Shown: piece after piece, positions 11,981 to 24,230 of the stretch
Layout: every line of letters begins with the position of its first letter
How positions within the stretch are numbered: the first letter of the stretch is position 1
DNA from: Callorhinchus milii
Taxonomy: Eukaryota
Assembly (NCBI RefSeq): GCF_018977255.1
Contig: NW_024704742.1
Location: 118,422,001-118,486,000, forward strand
Direction: 5' to 3'
Length of the DNA: 64,000 nucleotides
Notes under the pieces: generated by a model
The model's database searches: none
What the model saw: only the letters and a program-made list of their open reading frames with translations
Told to the model about the DNA's origin: nothing
Translations under genes and position numbers: made by a program

Positions 11981-14900
11981 AAGTAAATGTTAAAATAGTG
12001 AGGTAGAGTGTGTTACAATACAACTTAACTTTATCTAGCACCTTTCATGTCGGGAGGACATCTCAAAGACCTCTTGAAGTATTACAGGATTATCTTTCCC
12101 TTGCTTATCATTCTTACAATGCAGAGCAACCTTGTTATAATGCCGTAGTATAGCATGGCTTGTTTTTTAGCACTGGTATCTTGAGGTCACATATTAACTG
12201 GAAGTGAGGTACACATGTCTTCCATTGCTCCCTCTAAGTCACCGGGTTGCTGTGACATCACTTTGTGCACACTGTGCATGTGATCTATGAGTAGGAATCA
12301 ACGCTAATGTAATTTCCTGCGCATAGTATTTGCTACCTGTTGATGTATCAATCTCTGGCATGTTCATGTGAAAGAGATGTGGACGAGTGTTGGACTCTGC
12401 TCAATCTGTCAGGAAATGATCTGTTGTTTGCACAGGTTGGACAGAAGTTAATGGCATTGTTGTTTTCAATCCAAATGCGAAGTCAAATGCGAGCAGTCGG
12501 TATGACTTGACTTGGGTTCAGAGTCAAACATAGGTCAGGTCATATTTGGAAGGTAAACCGAACATTACTGGCTATGGCAATGAAATATTCTCTCCATTCT
12601 TTTACTTATATAATGCTTTTAAAGATACTAATAATAATCCTTGCATTTGATATAGCGCTTTTATGTCTTCTAGACATCTCAAAGCACTTCACAGAATATA
12701 CTGTAAACAACAACAACAACAAGATTCCATTTATAAAGTGCCTTTCACGTCAGGAGGACGTCCCAAGGCGCTGCACAGTTGGGTCATGACCCGAGCAGGG
12801 GGGAAATGGTCAGGGTGAGGGAGGGAAGGGAGGGAGCAAGGAGGGGGGAAATGGTCAGGGTGAGGGGAGGGAAGGGAGGGAGCGAGGAGGGGGAAGAGAG
12901 TCGAGAGGGGAGCTGAAGGCACGGTCAAAGAGAAGTGACTATTATTCGTGGGCAAAACGCAGCAGCCAATTGCGCACAGCAGTGCCCCACAAACAGTCGT
13001 GGATTGACGTGACCAATTTATTATTTTTTTTCTTGAGGGAGTATTATCAGATGTGCAGAGTAAATCTGAAAGTACAACAACGACTTGCATTTATATAGTG
13101 CCATTCACCCATCTCTTCCAGCGTGAACAACGCTATATAAGTAGGTGGTTTACAGCTCTGATAATGTCACCCCTGTTACCGTCACTGTTTGGTTCCATCA
13201 GATAATTTAAGACTAATCTGTTCTGTTCAACATTCCACCAAACTCCAATCTGATGAGAACTGAAAACGTTACATCTGTCAGGTGGACTTTATTTACCCTC
13301 AAAGTAGCTGAAACCCCCGCTGTGGCTTAAATCAGAAACTACCCTGACCCACTCACACTCAAAGCATCTACCCTCCCTCACAGATCATAATCTGTGGACA
13401 GCATGATCTTGTTTACTTTCAGAGTTTCACATGATACTAGAGAAGTTTTTCATCCACAGCTATAGGTACATTGATTGCCTCCTTCAAATAACAAAAAACT
13501 AATCTTGTTTTGAAGATCATACACATTTCATACACATGAAGGTATGAAATCTGGCACAGTGACCTTCCAATTCACACCGGAAAACACATCACCTGACATT
13601 CCTCCCCCGCCCCGCCCCTGCCCAATTGCAATAAACAAGTATTATCTGTAATATTTGGGATATGATGAGCAATCTGTTGAAGCAGAACAACCATTATTTT
13701 CCCAATTCCCATTAGAATAATACAAAATAACAATAGTCTTACATTTGGTATAGCGCCTTTCAGGTCAGGAGGATGTCTCTAAGTGCTTCAAAGGATTTAC
13801 TATAAAGTGGACTGACTGTTTTTTGTGTGAACACAATGGGATCTTTAACATTCAGCTGAACAGGCAGAAAAAGCTTTGGTTTAACATTTCATTTAAAGAC
13901 AGCACCTCTAACAATGCAGCACTTCCCCAGCATTGCATTGGAGACCCGATGACTTGGAACTCGTGTAGTAAGGAAACTTGCCGAAGGTTTCATCCTGTCG
14001 GGAATCAAACCCAGGTCTCTCGCTCGCGAGGTGAGTGCTCTAACCACTGAGCCACAGGACTCCACGTAATTATTAATTCAAAAAATAATAAATTGGTCAC
14101 TCAATTCATGACTATTTGTGGGACACTGCTGTGGACAATTGGCTGCCGAGTTTCGCCCACAAAATATAGCGTCAATTCACTTTACAGTATATTCTGTGAA
14201 GCGTTTTGAGAGACGTCTCAAAGACCTGATAAGGCGCTATAGCAATTGCAAGGATTATTATTATTACTATTATAACACACAGAGTACGTAGAGCAAGAGC
14301 CACCCTCCAGGCTATTTCAGGAAATAAACTGTCTATACAACTCATAAGCATGTTATGATCAGTTGACGAGTGAATAGAAAGTCCCTTTATCCTTATCAAA
14401 GATTTTTCTGTATAAAAACATGTATGATTGAAATGCAGATCTAAATGTCAATAAGTAGGTTGAAGAACTACGAATAATTCTCGTGTCCTGGAGATGTTTC
14501 AGCATAGATAGGGCAGCACAGAATAGAGAGCAGTGCTTGAGAAGGAACAAGACCATTGTTACTGTTATTGACAAGGCACTTGCAAGAGTGTTTCCCAGAT
14601 AATGGTCTCTGATGGAAAAAGCTAATTATAAGCACATAATGAAAAGTTCACCAGTCAGTAATCGAGGTGTGATCAATCCATACAGTGGAGACGTGCCATT
14701 CACTAAAGTGAAGCCATGCTCAATGCAAATCAGGAAGGATGGCACATTGAGGAGATACATTGCGTGAGTTGTTGTAAATTTGCTTTGGGGTCCAACAGTT
14801 AGACTGCTGTGTGGGAAAATGAATGTCAGCCGAGCGCTTATGAAGTACGGATATAAGAAAAACAATTCCACATTTATAAGATAATCCCATGTTATAAATT

Positions 14901-16987
14901 GTTCACCTCAGGAAACATCAAAAGGCTTTTTTCCAAGTAATCACTGATTCCAATTGGAAGTAGTTGTGTTTTCCCAGTCAATGTGCTTCTGCATAATTGA
15001 ATAAATAAGCACTCCTGATAAGAAGTACTAAAAATGAAGCTGACTTGAACTACAATATGGGAATAAAGATGCAATGTACAGCTGAAATAACATTGATTGA
15101 GTCCCCCTTAGACATCCAGTTAAGTGAATGTTCTTGCTGATTCAATAAGTCCCATGTCATCCAACGACAGTGAGAACAAGTTCAGCTGGAACCAAGGTCC
15201 ATCTAGTTCGCTTTCGCCATCGCGAAGTTCGCCAAGTTATTATTTTCTAGCAGAATTCTATCTAATTTGCTCCAAATGCCCTGGTCAAAAATAATAAAAT
15301 CCCACCACAGCTTGAATGTTTCAAAATATATTGCTCCTTGAAAAAGCAACCCTGTTTCTGCACAGCTCGGCCATCTATTCTGCCTATTCCTTGTTATGTT
15401 ACACAGAATACTGTAATGATGCCTTGCATGCTGTCATTGATCTACGGGTTGAAAGGAACACAAGACTTTCAGGTCAGGTTCAGGCGATCTGCTCTTGTTC
15501 CAGTTGAATCTGGCTGTAACCTGTTTGTAGCATTTACACAAAAAGCCACATGTTATCAGAATACCAGGGTGAGTTTACAGCCTTGACACTGCTGTTGAGT
15601 CCTTTTTTTATTATCTTTATTTATTAATAATAGACTGTGAACGTCATAGGGTGGACTTATTCAGTTTCGAGTGTGTTGTTTTGAGGTCAGTTGTCAGTGT
15701 GTTCTGTGTCATTGACATGTTATCTGGTCCATAGTGAAGGGTTAACAACTGATATTCACTCTCCAAGAGTTTAATAGGAAATCATTTATTGCCGAAGGAA
15801 TTTTCTCCCAATCAGGAAAATCACTCCTTGCTTCCTAAAATGCGGCAAATCATTTTTGCTACTACAGATGACATATCCATAATAATCACAAGCCTTAATT
15901 GCATTCCTCAAAATAACTGACCACCAGTAAAGCCACACTCTGGCACTGACACCAGTTGTGACTCTTCGCACCAACTGGTAGCCGATTAAGGCTTTCTTCA
16001 TGCAAATTTTGCCAACCACTTCCATGCATTGCTGGGCATACGGGTATTTAGTTTCACTCTGAGCAATCAATAAACTACAGATTCATATATTCCTGCAGAT
16101 GTGACAATAAATAACAATCCTTGCATTTGGTAGTTCAGACATTAGCAATAATTTTCTATTTGATGGAAAAGGTCATCGTTCATCACAGGCTGATACCACG
16201 GCAATGCTGCTACAGTTGCTGTACTGTAACTGCATAAACGAGAGAATCAGACGCAGAGTCCTTCATCAACGTCAAAGTGCCTTTGTTTTGTCACATTTTA
16301 TTTGTGTTGTTCAATTTTTTCCTTTGCCTTTCATCCTCCCCCTCTCATTCCTCTCTTGAAGGTGTTTGACTTTTTTCCCCTTCAATTGGAAAGTAAAGTT
16401 CCAAGGGTGACATTTGACCTGCAGTACCTCAGTGACCATTCCTGCATTTTCAATTTTCGTGCCTTGACACTGAACTTCTGGAGGCATCGGAGGTGAGCCT
16501 AACTGTGTCCTCACATGAAGTTCATGCACAAGCTACTCTGACAGGGTTTATGGAAACAGGGACCATGGCTGGATTCCCCCTCCCTAACCTGAGGAGTAAG
16601 CCAATTGAAAAGTTTATAATGTTGATTTTGTTTTATTCCTGCAACTTTATCTTGGCCGGCAATTATTCCCCATTCCTGGTTGCCCTGAGAAGGTAGTGGT
16701 CTAGGCTTCTCTTTAAACCTCTATAGTCCTTACAGTGCTGGTGCTCCCTCATTGTTTTAGGAGCCAAGAGAAAATAAGTTACTGTCTTGTCAGTAAGAGG
16801 AAAATACTCACCAACATATTTAGTTCTATGAGGAATCAACACCTGCGAGTTCTAACCACTTCTCTGCAGTGGTTAGATAAAGCAGAGGGCAGTCCTTGTA
16901 TGTAAAATGGAGCCCAGAGTACTCTACATGCAATGCCCCACACGTCAATGATGCTAAGCAGGAGCGCTCTGCATAACTGAATCAGCA

Positions 16988-17222
16988 GGGGGCAAAAAAT
17001 TCCACCTGGGTTAGATTTATTCCATTTATGTAACAATTCAGAGCACTTAGATTTTGGGCAAATGGTTGAATTCAATCTTAATTTTGAAGCCAGTTCATAA
17101 CTTCCAGAAAACTAGTTTTAAAATTGAGACTGTATTTAAGAATTTGCCAAATTCTAAAACGCTGCATAAATTCAGCAAATCTTGCATTTTAAGACTCCAT
17201 CCCCAGATGGAACTTTTCCCCC
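16988..17222. mobile_element. Palindromic MITE, same family as 61892-62090
   Basis: Ends gggggcaaaaaattccacctggg and cccagatggaacttttccccc; internal arm shared with 61950-62000. Confidence 0.65.
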
Positions 17223-17268
17223 ATAGATCTTGTGGATTGCACACCTTTTTAAATGGAGAGAGTCATAC

Positions 17269-17473
17269 CTGCACAGTTCACAATTCTGTTGGCACGGATA
17301 ACCCCATTTGATGTTTCCACATCCCATGTCCCATCAGATCTCGGTGTCAGGTCTGTGACTGGTGCAGGATAATATAGTTCCGCCCCATAGTGTCTCGCTC
17401 CAGCCGCCAACGCCATGGTGAGAGAATATGGATCAATGTGGCCATCTCCAGGGTTATGCAAACCAGCCAGCAC
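17269..17473 (-). CDS. DMGDH: Dimethylglycine dehydrogenase exon 5
   Basis: tttag acceptor; [27 protein letters not shown]...[12 protein letters not shown]; gtatga donor; 205 nt. Confidence 0.97.
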
Positions 17474-17904
17474 CTAAAAAAAACACAAGAGGGACACAGA
17501 TCAAAATACAACTGACCTGCTGAATAGGAACCTGAAGTGGTGAGCAAGCTCTCATTTTCAGGGTTCAGTCAAGCCAGTGGAGTCGGGCGAGGGTGGGAGT
17601 GATGGGGTCACGGAGCCTGGTGCGTGAGAGTACACAAACTGCAGAGTTTTGGATGATCTGCAGCTTGTGAAGGGAAGAGATGGGAAGGTCGATGAGGAGG
17701 GAGTTCCCGTAATCCCGTAATGCCACATATTTGGCAACAAAATTATATTAATCTTGCAAATAGCAATGATTAAAGGTAGCTCACGAGAAATGAAGGGCAT
17801 TTTATATCCAGATTGCATACAAATGTTCCAAATAGTTTCTTAAGAAATGGAATAGAAAAGCAATAACTGGCGTCATCAACATTTGTCAAATTAATTAATA
17901 ATAC

Positions 17905-18218
17905 AATAATAATAATCCTTGCATTTGATATAGCACTTTTCACGTCTTCTAGACATCTCAAAGCGCTTCACTGAATATACTGTAAAGTGGCAAACCATTT
18001 ATTCGTGGGCGAAACATGGCAGCCAATTGCGCACGACAGTGCCCCACAAACAGTCGTGGATTAAAAATGACCAATTTATTATTGTTTTGTTTTTGGAGAG
18101 ATTATTATCAGGCGTGTGGAGTAAGGAAACTTGCCCAAGGTTTCACCCTACCTGGAATTGAACCCAGGTGTCTCGCTTGCAAAGCGAGTGCTCTAACCAC
18201 TGAGCTACAGGACTCCAC
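17905..18218 (-). mobile_element. tRNA-Ala-derived SINE, full length
   Basis: Same head and tail as 29148-29465. Confidence 0.9.
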
Positions 18219-18670
18219 AGGTTAAGAAACCTGTCAACATTTAAAAAGGATCCATAGTATCCTTTTAAAAAAAAGACAGCTTTACTTCAACCAAGATTTT
18301 GTCTCTGATATTTTGGACATGCTTATATAATGTGAATGTAAAATAAAGGGCACATTTTACTCAATCTGATCATTGGAGGATTAGGTTTGTTTGGAAGGTG
18401 CTCATTATTTCTCATGCAAATGAACTTATGTAAAATATTAAGAAACTTTAGAGAAAATAAAATAAACTTATCAACGAGGGCATTTTTGAAAGACTAAAGA
18501 AAGGGAGGCTCATGCTGGAAACAGTGCTTTTCTCCATACTGGATTGTATCTTCAACCTGGTCTCATAACTTTGTATTTTGCTAAACATTCTGGGAAAAAT
18601 TAAGAGCACAAAATGATCCTACAGACTATCAACAAAGTGTTCTGTTGGAATCAACCAAATATCAGTTTAC

Positions 18671-18835
18671 CTTGTCAATGTTTATCAGAGGGAAGAGTTC
18701 CTGCACCTTCTCTGGACCAATGATAAACTGCTGTGTCACGTTCCAGTTTGCCCTTGTCATCTGATAATGAAATTCATCCACTCGGGTCGGAGTACAAGCA
18801 ATGCGGATACTGCCAGGCTGATGAAAGCTGACTGC
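18671..18835 (-). CDS. DMGDH: Dimethylglycine dehydrogenase exon 4
   Basis: caacag acceptor; [55 protein letters not shown]; gtaaac donor; 165 nt. Confidence 0.97.
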
Positions 18836-19854
18836 CTGTTGAAACAACCACAAAGTTAGAAAGTGCCTCAGTAGTTGAATTCTACTCAGTAGATGAATAC
18901 AGTCAATTCACTTTACAGTATATTCTATGAAGCGCTTTGAGACGTCTCAAAGACGTGATAAAGCACTATATCAAATACAAGGATTATTATTATGATGATG
19001 AATTCTTCCCTTTTGCTAAGGTTTTTGGGAACCACTTAAGAATTTTTCTGTTTAACTCTCCTGTCTTTTTCCTTTTTTCAGACAATCTTCTGCACAGTGC
19101 TGCGGATTAAAAGTTGTGGTCTGAAACTATTTTTAACTTTATATTTCATGAAATATTTGGGGGATTTGGGGTTGCAAATACTGCATGTATTTTCTTTAAT
19201 ACAAATCATACATGTTGCATTTCATATACACCGCCAATGTTAACATTTGTTATTAAAAGCAAAAGTTCCCACAAAATTCATAGAGTGGTGAATGTTGTTT
19301 CATCACACAGGGTCTCCGCAGTAGGTTTACTATTACACTATTAAAGGTTGCGACTGATCACTAATCCAACATTCAAAGTGCAATATAAACATTGTCAATC
19401 TTGTGATCTGAATTGATCCTGGCAAAGAGACGTAAGGGAACCCATTTCCAGGGTCAGTTTCAATTCAGTGATAATGCATTGTAAATGATCAGTTTCCATG
19501 GTGATTCAATGCCACGTTGTGCAAAAATGCACAGGACCATCATGAAGTTACTGTACAGAGTTCTTCCGATTTAAACAGGGCAGTTCCGCTCTATCATTAA
19601 GGATTTACGTGGAATTGGAAGAAACTAAATGATTTTTATGGGAGGGAATAGCCATGTTCTTACATGTTAGTATGATGCATATAGGACTCCCTGCGGGAAA
19701 TACACTTCACATTCCTGCCGCTATTCTTCGTATTTCAAGAAGCTTTTCCTGAAAATGTTTTTCAATTGGAATATTTGTTCATTCCATATTTACATCCCTA
19801 TAACCTTCAATACTATTCTCATGCTAATAGTTATCACCTCTGATCCTATCCTGT

Positions 19855-20160
19855 AGCCTGTAGCTCAGTGGTTAGAGCACTCGCTTTGCAAACGAGAGAT
19901 CTGGGTTCGATTCCCGGTAGGGTGAAACCTTGGGCAAGTTTCCTTATTCCACACGCCTGATAATAATCCCTCAAAAAAAAACAATAATAAATTGGTCACT
20001 TCAATCCACCACTGTTTGTGGGACACTGCTGTGTGCAATTGGCTGCCACATTTCGCCCACAAATAAACAGTCAATTCAATTTACAGTATATTCTGTGAAG
20101 CGCTTTGAGACGTCCAGAAGACATGAAAAGCACTATATCAAATGCAAGGATTATTATTGT
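19855..20160 (+). mobile_element. tRNA-Ala-derived SINE
   Basis: ctgtagctcagtggttagagcactcgctttgc...gttcgattccc; tail aaatgcaaggattattatt. Confidence 0.9.
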
Positions 20161-20225
20161 TATCTCACACAAAATGCTGCTGAAAATCTCATCCACACCT
20201 TTCTCACATTCTATTTTTTTTGGTC

Positions 20226-20651
20226 AGCCGGGTGTCTGACACATGCAGAAAACCATCACTGTGCTTAACAATATCCAAACCAAGCTGAGATTTCCATGCA
20301 TCCCACCTACACATGGAAATCGTTGAGGGACTGCTGGAGTCCAACCAGCTAAAACCGCATAGCTTTCCAGTGATGCCACGGTGTGGCAAGCTGCTTGTCC
20401 AGTTAGGACCGCTTCCCCTTTAGGGCTTTGGCTTGTAGGGTAAACAGGAGCTCAGTGGGTTGACTCCCTGCCACAGTGAGTCTGCCCTTCCAGGTCCTGC
20501 CAATGAGCGATGCTGTCATCAGCAGTGCCCTGGAATACTGAAGACCCACCTGGCTCAAGAACCGGACTATCGAGATCACCACAGAAGGCTCAATTCTGAC
20601 ATTCGTTGCCGGGCTTGTCACCTTGGAGCCAGTTCAGCTCCAAGGAGACCC
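20226..20651. repeat. Unclassified dispersed repeat, copy 2
   Basis: Colinear with 4756-5312; terminal hairpin at 20621-20645. Confidence 0.8.
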
Positions 20652-20654
20652 CGC

Positions 20655-21060
20655 TTCCGGTCTTCATTTCTCAAACGCACTCCTCATTGCTCTCCCCAGT
20701 TCCACCAACCACAAGGTCCAACTCATCCAAAACTAAGCCACCCGTATCCTCTCTCGTACCAAACTCTGTACGCCCGTTATTTCCCTATCCTCACCAGACT
20801 TCACTGGCTCTTAATTTCCGAAAGGATCAATTTCAAAATCCCTGACCTCAAGCTCAACCATCTTCCTTCCTCTCATGCCCCCCTCCTCTAATCCGCCCCC
20901 TACGCGCAGCTACCACAAGCCCCCTATCCTCCACGCCCCCTGCGCTGCATCATCGGTGACCGTGCCTTCAGCCACGATGCCAACCTCTGGAATTCCTCGC
21001 CTCAATCCCTCTCCCTCACTCCGCGTCTAAACACAACCGCTGTCAGTGCTCTGAGACACC
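20655..21060 (+). mobile_element. L2 LINE 3' fragment just upstream of the C12orf57 promoter
   Basis: KVQLIQN, PILTRLHWLLISERINFKI, RAFS...LWNS motifs with frameshifts. Confidence 0.75.
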
Positions 21061-21110
21061 ATCTCAAGTGAAGAAGGTTATGCAAATATATAGGGTACTG
21101 CGCTTTTGGA

Positions 21111-21111
<1 letters not shown>

Positions 21112-21138
<27 letters not shown>
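21112..21138 (+). repeat. (GT)n microsatellite at the edge of the C12orf57 CpG island
   Basis: About 13 GT units. Confidence 0.9.
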
Positions 21139-21139
<1 letters not shown>

Positions 21140-21142
<3 letters not shown>

Positions 21143-21475
21143 AGTGAACCCGGGGGGCGCTGCGTGTGCGAGAGATTGTGACCGCGCGGGGGCGCTGTGT
21201 GAGAGCGATAGTGACCGCGGGGGGGCGCTGTGTGTGGAGGTTCCCGCTATATCTGGGCGTTGTGGGCAGATTGGGGGCGGGTTCACGCCCAATTGGGCGT
21301 GTTTTTGTCGTCGAACAATTTTCGAGTTTCTTACGCAGTTTCAAACAAAAACCCCAGAAATGCTGCCGGGCTGATGGGTTGGGGCTATCTTTGGGCTCAG
21401 CGGTTGGTGGCGTTTGGGCTACAGGAGGACGCCTTGTAATCCTCTGGGGGCCGAGGCGGCAAAATGGCGGCGGCT
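21140..21475 (+). promoter_or_regulatory. CpG-island promoter of the nested C12orf57 gene
   Basis: CpG-dense; three 33-34 bp repeats with gggggcgctg core (21144, 21178, 21211); E2F-like ttcccgc 21241; inverted CCAAT and GC box 21269-21281; perfect palindrome acgcccaattgggcgt 21285-21300; YY1-type AAAATGGCGGC over the ATG. Confidence 0.7.
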
Positions 21476-21862
21476 CAACAACAGCAGCAGCAGCAACAAC
21501 AACAGCAGCAGCAGCCGCCGGGCCTGAGCCCCGAGCAGACGCGGGTGGTGTTGGCCGAGGTGATCAAGGCCTTCGGCTGCCCGGAGAACGCGGCGCGGCT
21601 GGAGGAGGCGCGGGACAACGCGTGTAACGACATGGGGAAGATGCTGCAGTTCGTGCTGCCCGTGGCCACCCAGATCCAGCAGGAGGTCATCAAGGCGTAC
21701 GGCTTCAGCAGCGACGGCGAGGGCGTGCTCAGGTTCGCCCGCATCATCAAGGCCTACGAGACCCAGGACCCCGAGATCGCCGCCATGTCCGGGAAGCTCA
21801 GGTCTCTCTTTCTGCCGCCCATGACGGCGCCTCCCCACAGCTCGAGCATCTCAGCCTCCTGA
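21464..21862 (+). CDS. C12orf57: Protein C10 (C12orf57/GRCC10 homolog), single exon, N-terminal Q13; nested antisense in DMGDH intron 3
   Basis: 132 aa ORF containing EARDNACNDMGKMLQFVLPVATQIQQEVIKAYGF..DGEGVL.FAR...QDPEIA..SGKL..LFLPPMT, recognised as near-identical to vertebrate C10; Kozak context aaaATGG; strong GC3 bias; no introns. Confidence 0.95.
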   Translation: MAAAQQQQQQQQQQQQQPPGLSPEQTRVVLAEVIKAFGCPENAARLEEARDNACNDMGKMLQFVLPVATQIQQEVIKAYGFSSDGEGVLRFARIIKAYETQDPEIAAMSGKLRSLFLPPMTAPPHSSSISAS

Positions 21863-22303
21863 CCCCACCCCCCATCCCACCCGGTCCGGCCCTGCACTGG
21901 GAGAGGGACAAGGACCAGAGAGAGAGAGACAACCAAGGACCTGAGGATATTGAACACTGGCTGAACCTCTTTCTCCCCCCCCACCAGGGTCAGATAAGCT
22001 CTGAATTGACATGATCCACCCCAATGCCTCTGGCCACCCGCTGCCTCCCCACCATCTCCTCCTCCTCCTCCAACTCCAACTCCAATTCCATTGCCAACTT
22101 CAACGTCTTGCATCTTCTGCCCGGCTTCTGCGCCTCGCCCTCACCCGCCAAGCTCTGCCCCGTTACTACACGTTGCATTCCAAGCTGTTGGTTGGTTGGG
22201 GTGATGGGCCGGGGGTGACCTTTTTGAGTGAGATTGGGGCGGTTTTGTGGTCTGGTAGAAGTAGACATGTGTTGTGTACGCCAGAAATGCTGGAACCTGT
22301 ATA

Positions 22304-22309
22304 AATAAA
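22304..22309 (+). terminator. Polyadenylation signal of C12orf57
   Basis: AATAAA about 440 nt after the stop codon, followed about 35 nt later by GU-rich tctgtgttattct. Confidence 0.65.
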
Positions 22310-22573
22310 CCTCTATTTCAGAACTAAGCCAAAGTGCCCAGTCTGTGTTATTCTGGTTCCACGTACAACGGCTTAAAATGTTTTCTCTAAAAGTATGACA
22401 AATTAATCACAATGAGTGTGATCACAGTTGGCATTCTAACCAACATAACCTTTATTTTCTTCATTGAGGCTATCTAAGGGTGTTCTCCTTTTCTGATAAC
22501 TGCCCGAGGGAAGTTTGAATCATCAATGTGCAGCACAAACATTACATACACATTACAATGGCTGGCATAGTTA

Positions 22574-22747
<174 letters not shown>

Positions 22748-24230
22748 TCAGAACATTTACAAAACTTTAATCAGGGGTCGTATTTTGTTATGGGTCTCAT
22801 TTCATACCAAAAGTGGTAATCATGATAAATGATTTTCATCTGACAGAATATTTAGTGCCATTTAAATTGTGCATTCACACTGACAAAACAAAATATGCAG
22901 CTAAAACCTGAGCAATTTATAGATTTTACTATATTTACTCAACAAATTTGATCTGATCAAAAGTCATGTTAGGGCACAGTAAAACATTACAGCATAACTA
23001 ATCTTTATGATCATACATGTCTAATTTCACGAGAAAGCATAGAATGATAAAAGCCTATTCATCGATCACTCTTACTCCACAATTCATATAGTTGGTGGGG
23101 TACAATGCACCAACTTTTATTCCCAGGGGAAGACCCTAAGCCCCCAAATCAATGAGTGATGCTTCATGTGCTGGTACTTTTAGCATATTTTGACAAGTAC
23201 TCAGAAAGGGATTTTCTATTATCCACAAACATTGCTCTATTCCACTAATCTTGGAACAGAGGTCATTCTCACAATTCAAACCAGACCGACCTCATTCTTT
23301 CAATGCACAGCATTTTTCTAAACCTGTAACATAGAAAACATTGACTTCAGTGGAGAAATTGTTCATCTTAGTCTGTACCTATCCCTTATATCCTTCAATG
23401 CTGTTTATGTGCAGCTACTTATCCAGTTTCTTTTTAAAGGAATTGCCTAATGTACTAACAGCATGTTGGGGAAATCTGTTTTGTATACACTTTCTGTAGC
23501 AAAGAAACATTCTTCTAATCTCTAGTTACATTTGAGACCTTTTCATTTTAAATTAATACCTGAGATCAACAGCTCATCCTGTTACCTATACTTATACTTT
23601 ATTAAATTTTCAGTGTTCCCCAATTCTATCTTGGGAATCTTTGACAAGCCAATGGAGAAACTCATCTTTTTGAATTGTACCATGAGATCATTAACCTGAA
23701 CAGGCATTTGGGAGCTTGATTTAAAATGTCATCCAAAGGCACTTCTAACACTGCAGCCCTTCCACAGCATTGCACTGTAATGTCAGCTGAGACTATGTGC
23801 TCAAAGACCATGGGGTTTTGAACCCACAACCTTTTGACTCGGAGGCAAGAGCATTACTAACTGAGTCAGGTTTCCAGTTGAACCTGATATTTAATGAAAG
23901 CAAGGCTTGGTATTAAATCAGTATTGCTTTCTGCCATTAGATTTCACTGAAATAGAATACAGATAAAACATGTAAAATATAGTTTGATTCCTTGAATGCA
24001 ATAGACTCTTTGTAAACAACAGAAGGTTTGATTAGACCCACTGAGTTTTAAAATCCAAGTTCTAATAACTACCTAAGCCTAGACATCCAGCATTGTTCGA
24101 TAATGACCAAATCTTACCATGTTTATTTATTTATCTATCAATGTTCTTATTTTTTTCTCTCTTCTAAGTTTCCCTAAATAATCAATCTGGATGAGCTGTC
24201 CCAACCACCCAACAAAACTTCAGTCTAAGA

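Noticed and set aside
13190..13275. Hammerhead ribozyme (ctgatga...gaaaac)
   Set aside because: No room for stem II; the motif is one arm of a small inverted repeat with 13192-13203
19855..19930. tRNA-Ala gene (also at other SINE heads)
   Set aside because: No paired acceptor stem or oligo-T terminator; the sequence runs into the SINE body
21166..22113. Overlapping ORFs around C12orf57 (21166-21627, 21419-21838, 21475-21750, 21754-22113)
   Set aside because: Shadow frames of a GC-rich, codon-biased CDS and CpG island; no recognisable protein
20900..22500. U7 snRNA gene, which neighbours C12orf57 in mammals
   Set aside because: No Sm-type site (A)ATTTGTCTAG plus 3' hairpin seen by eye on either strand; an Infernal search with the U7 model would settle it
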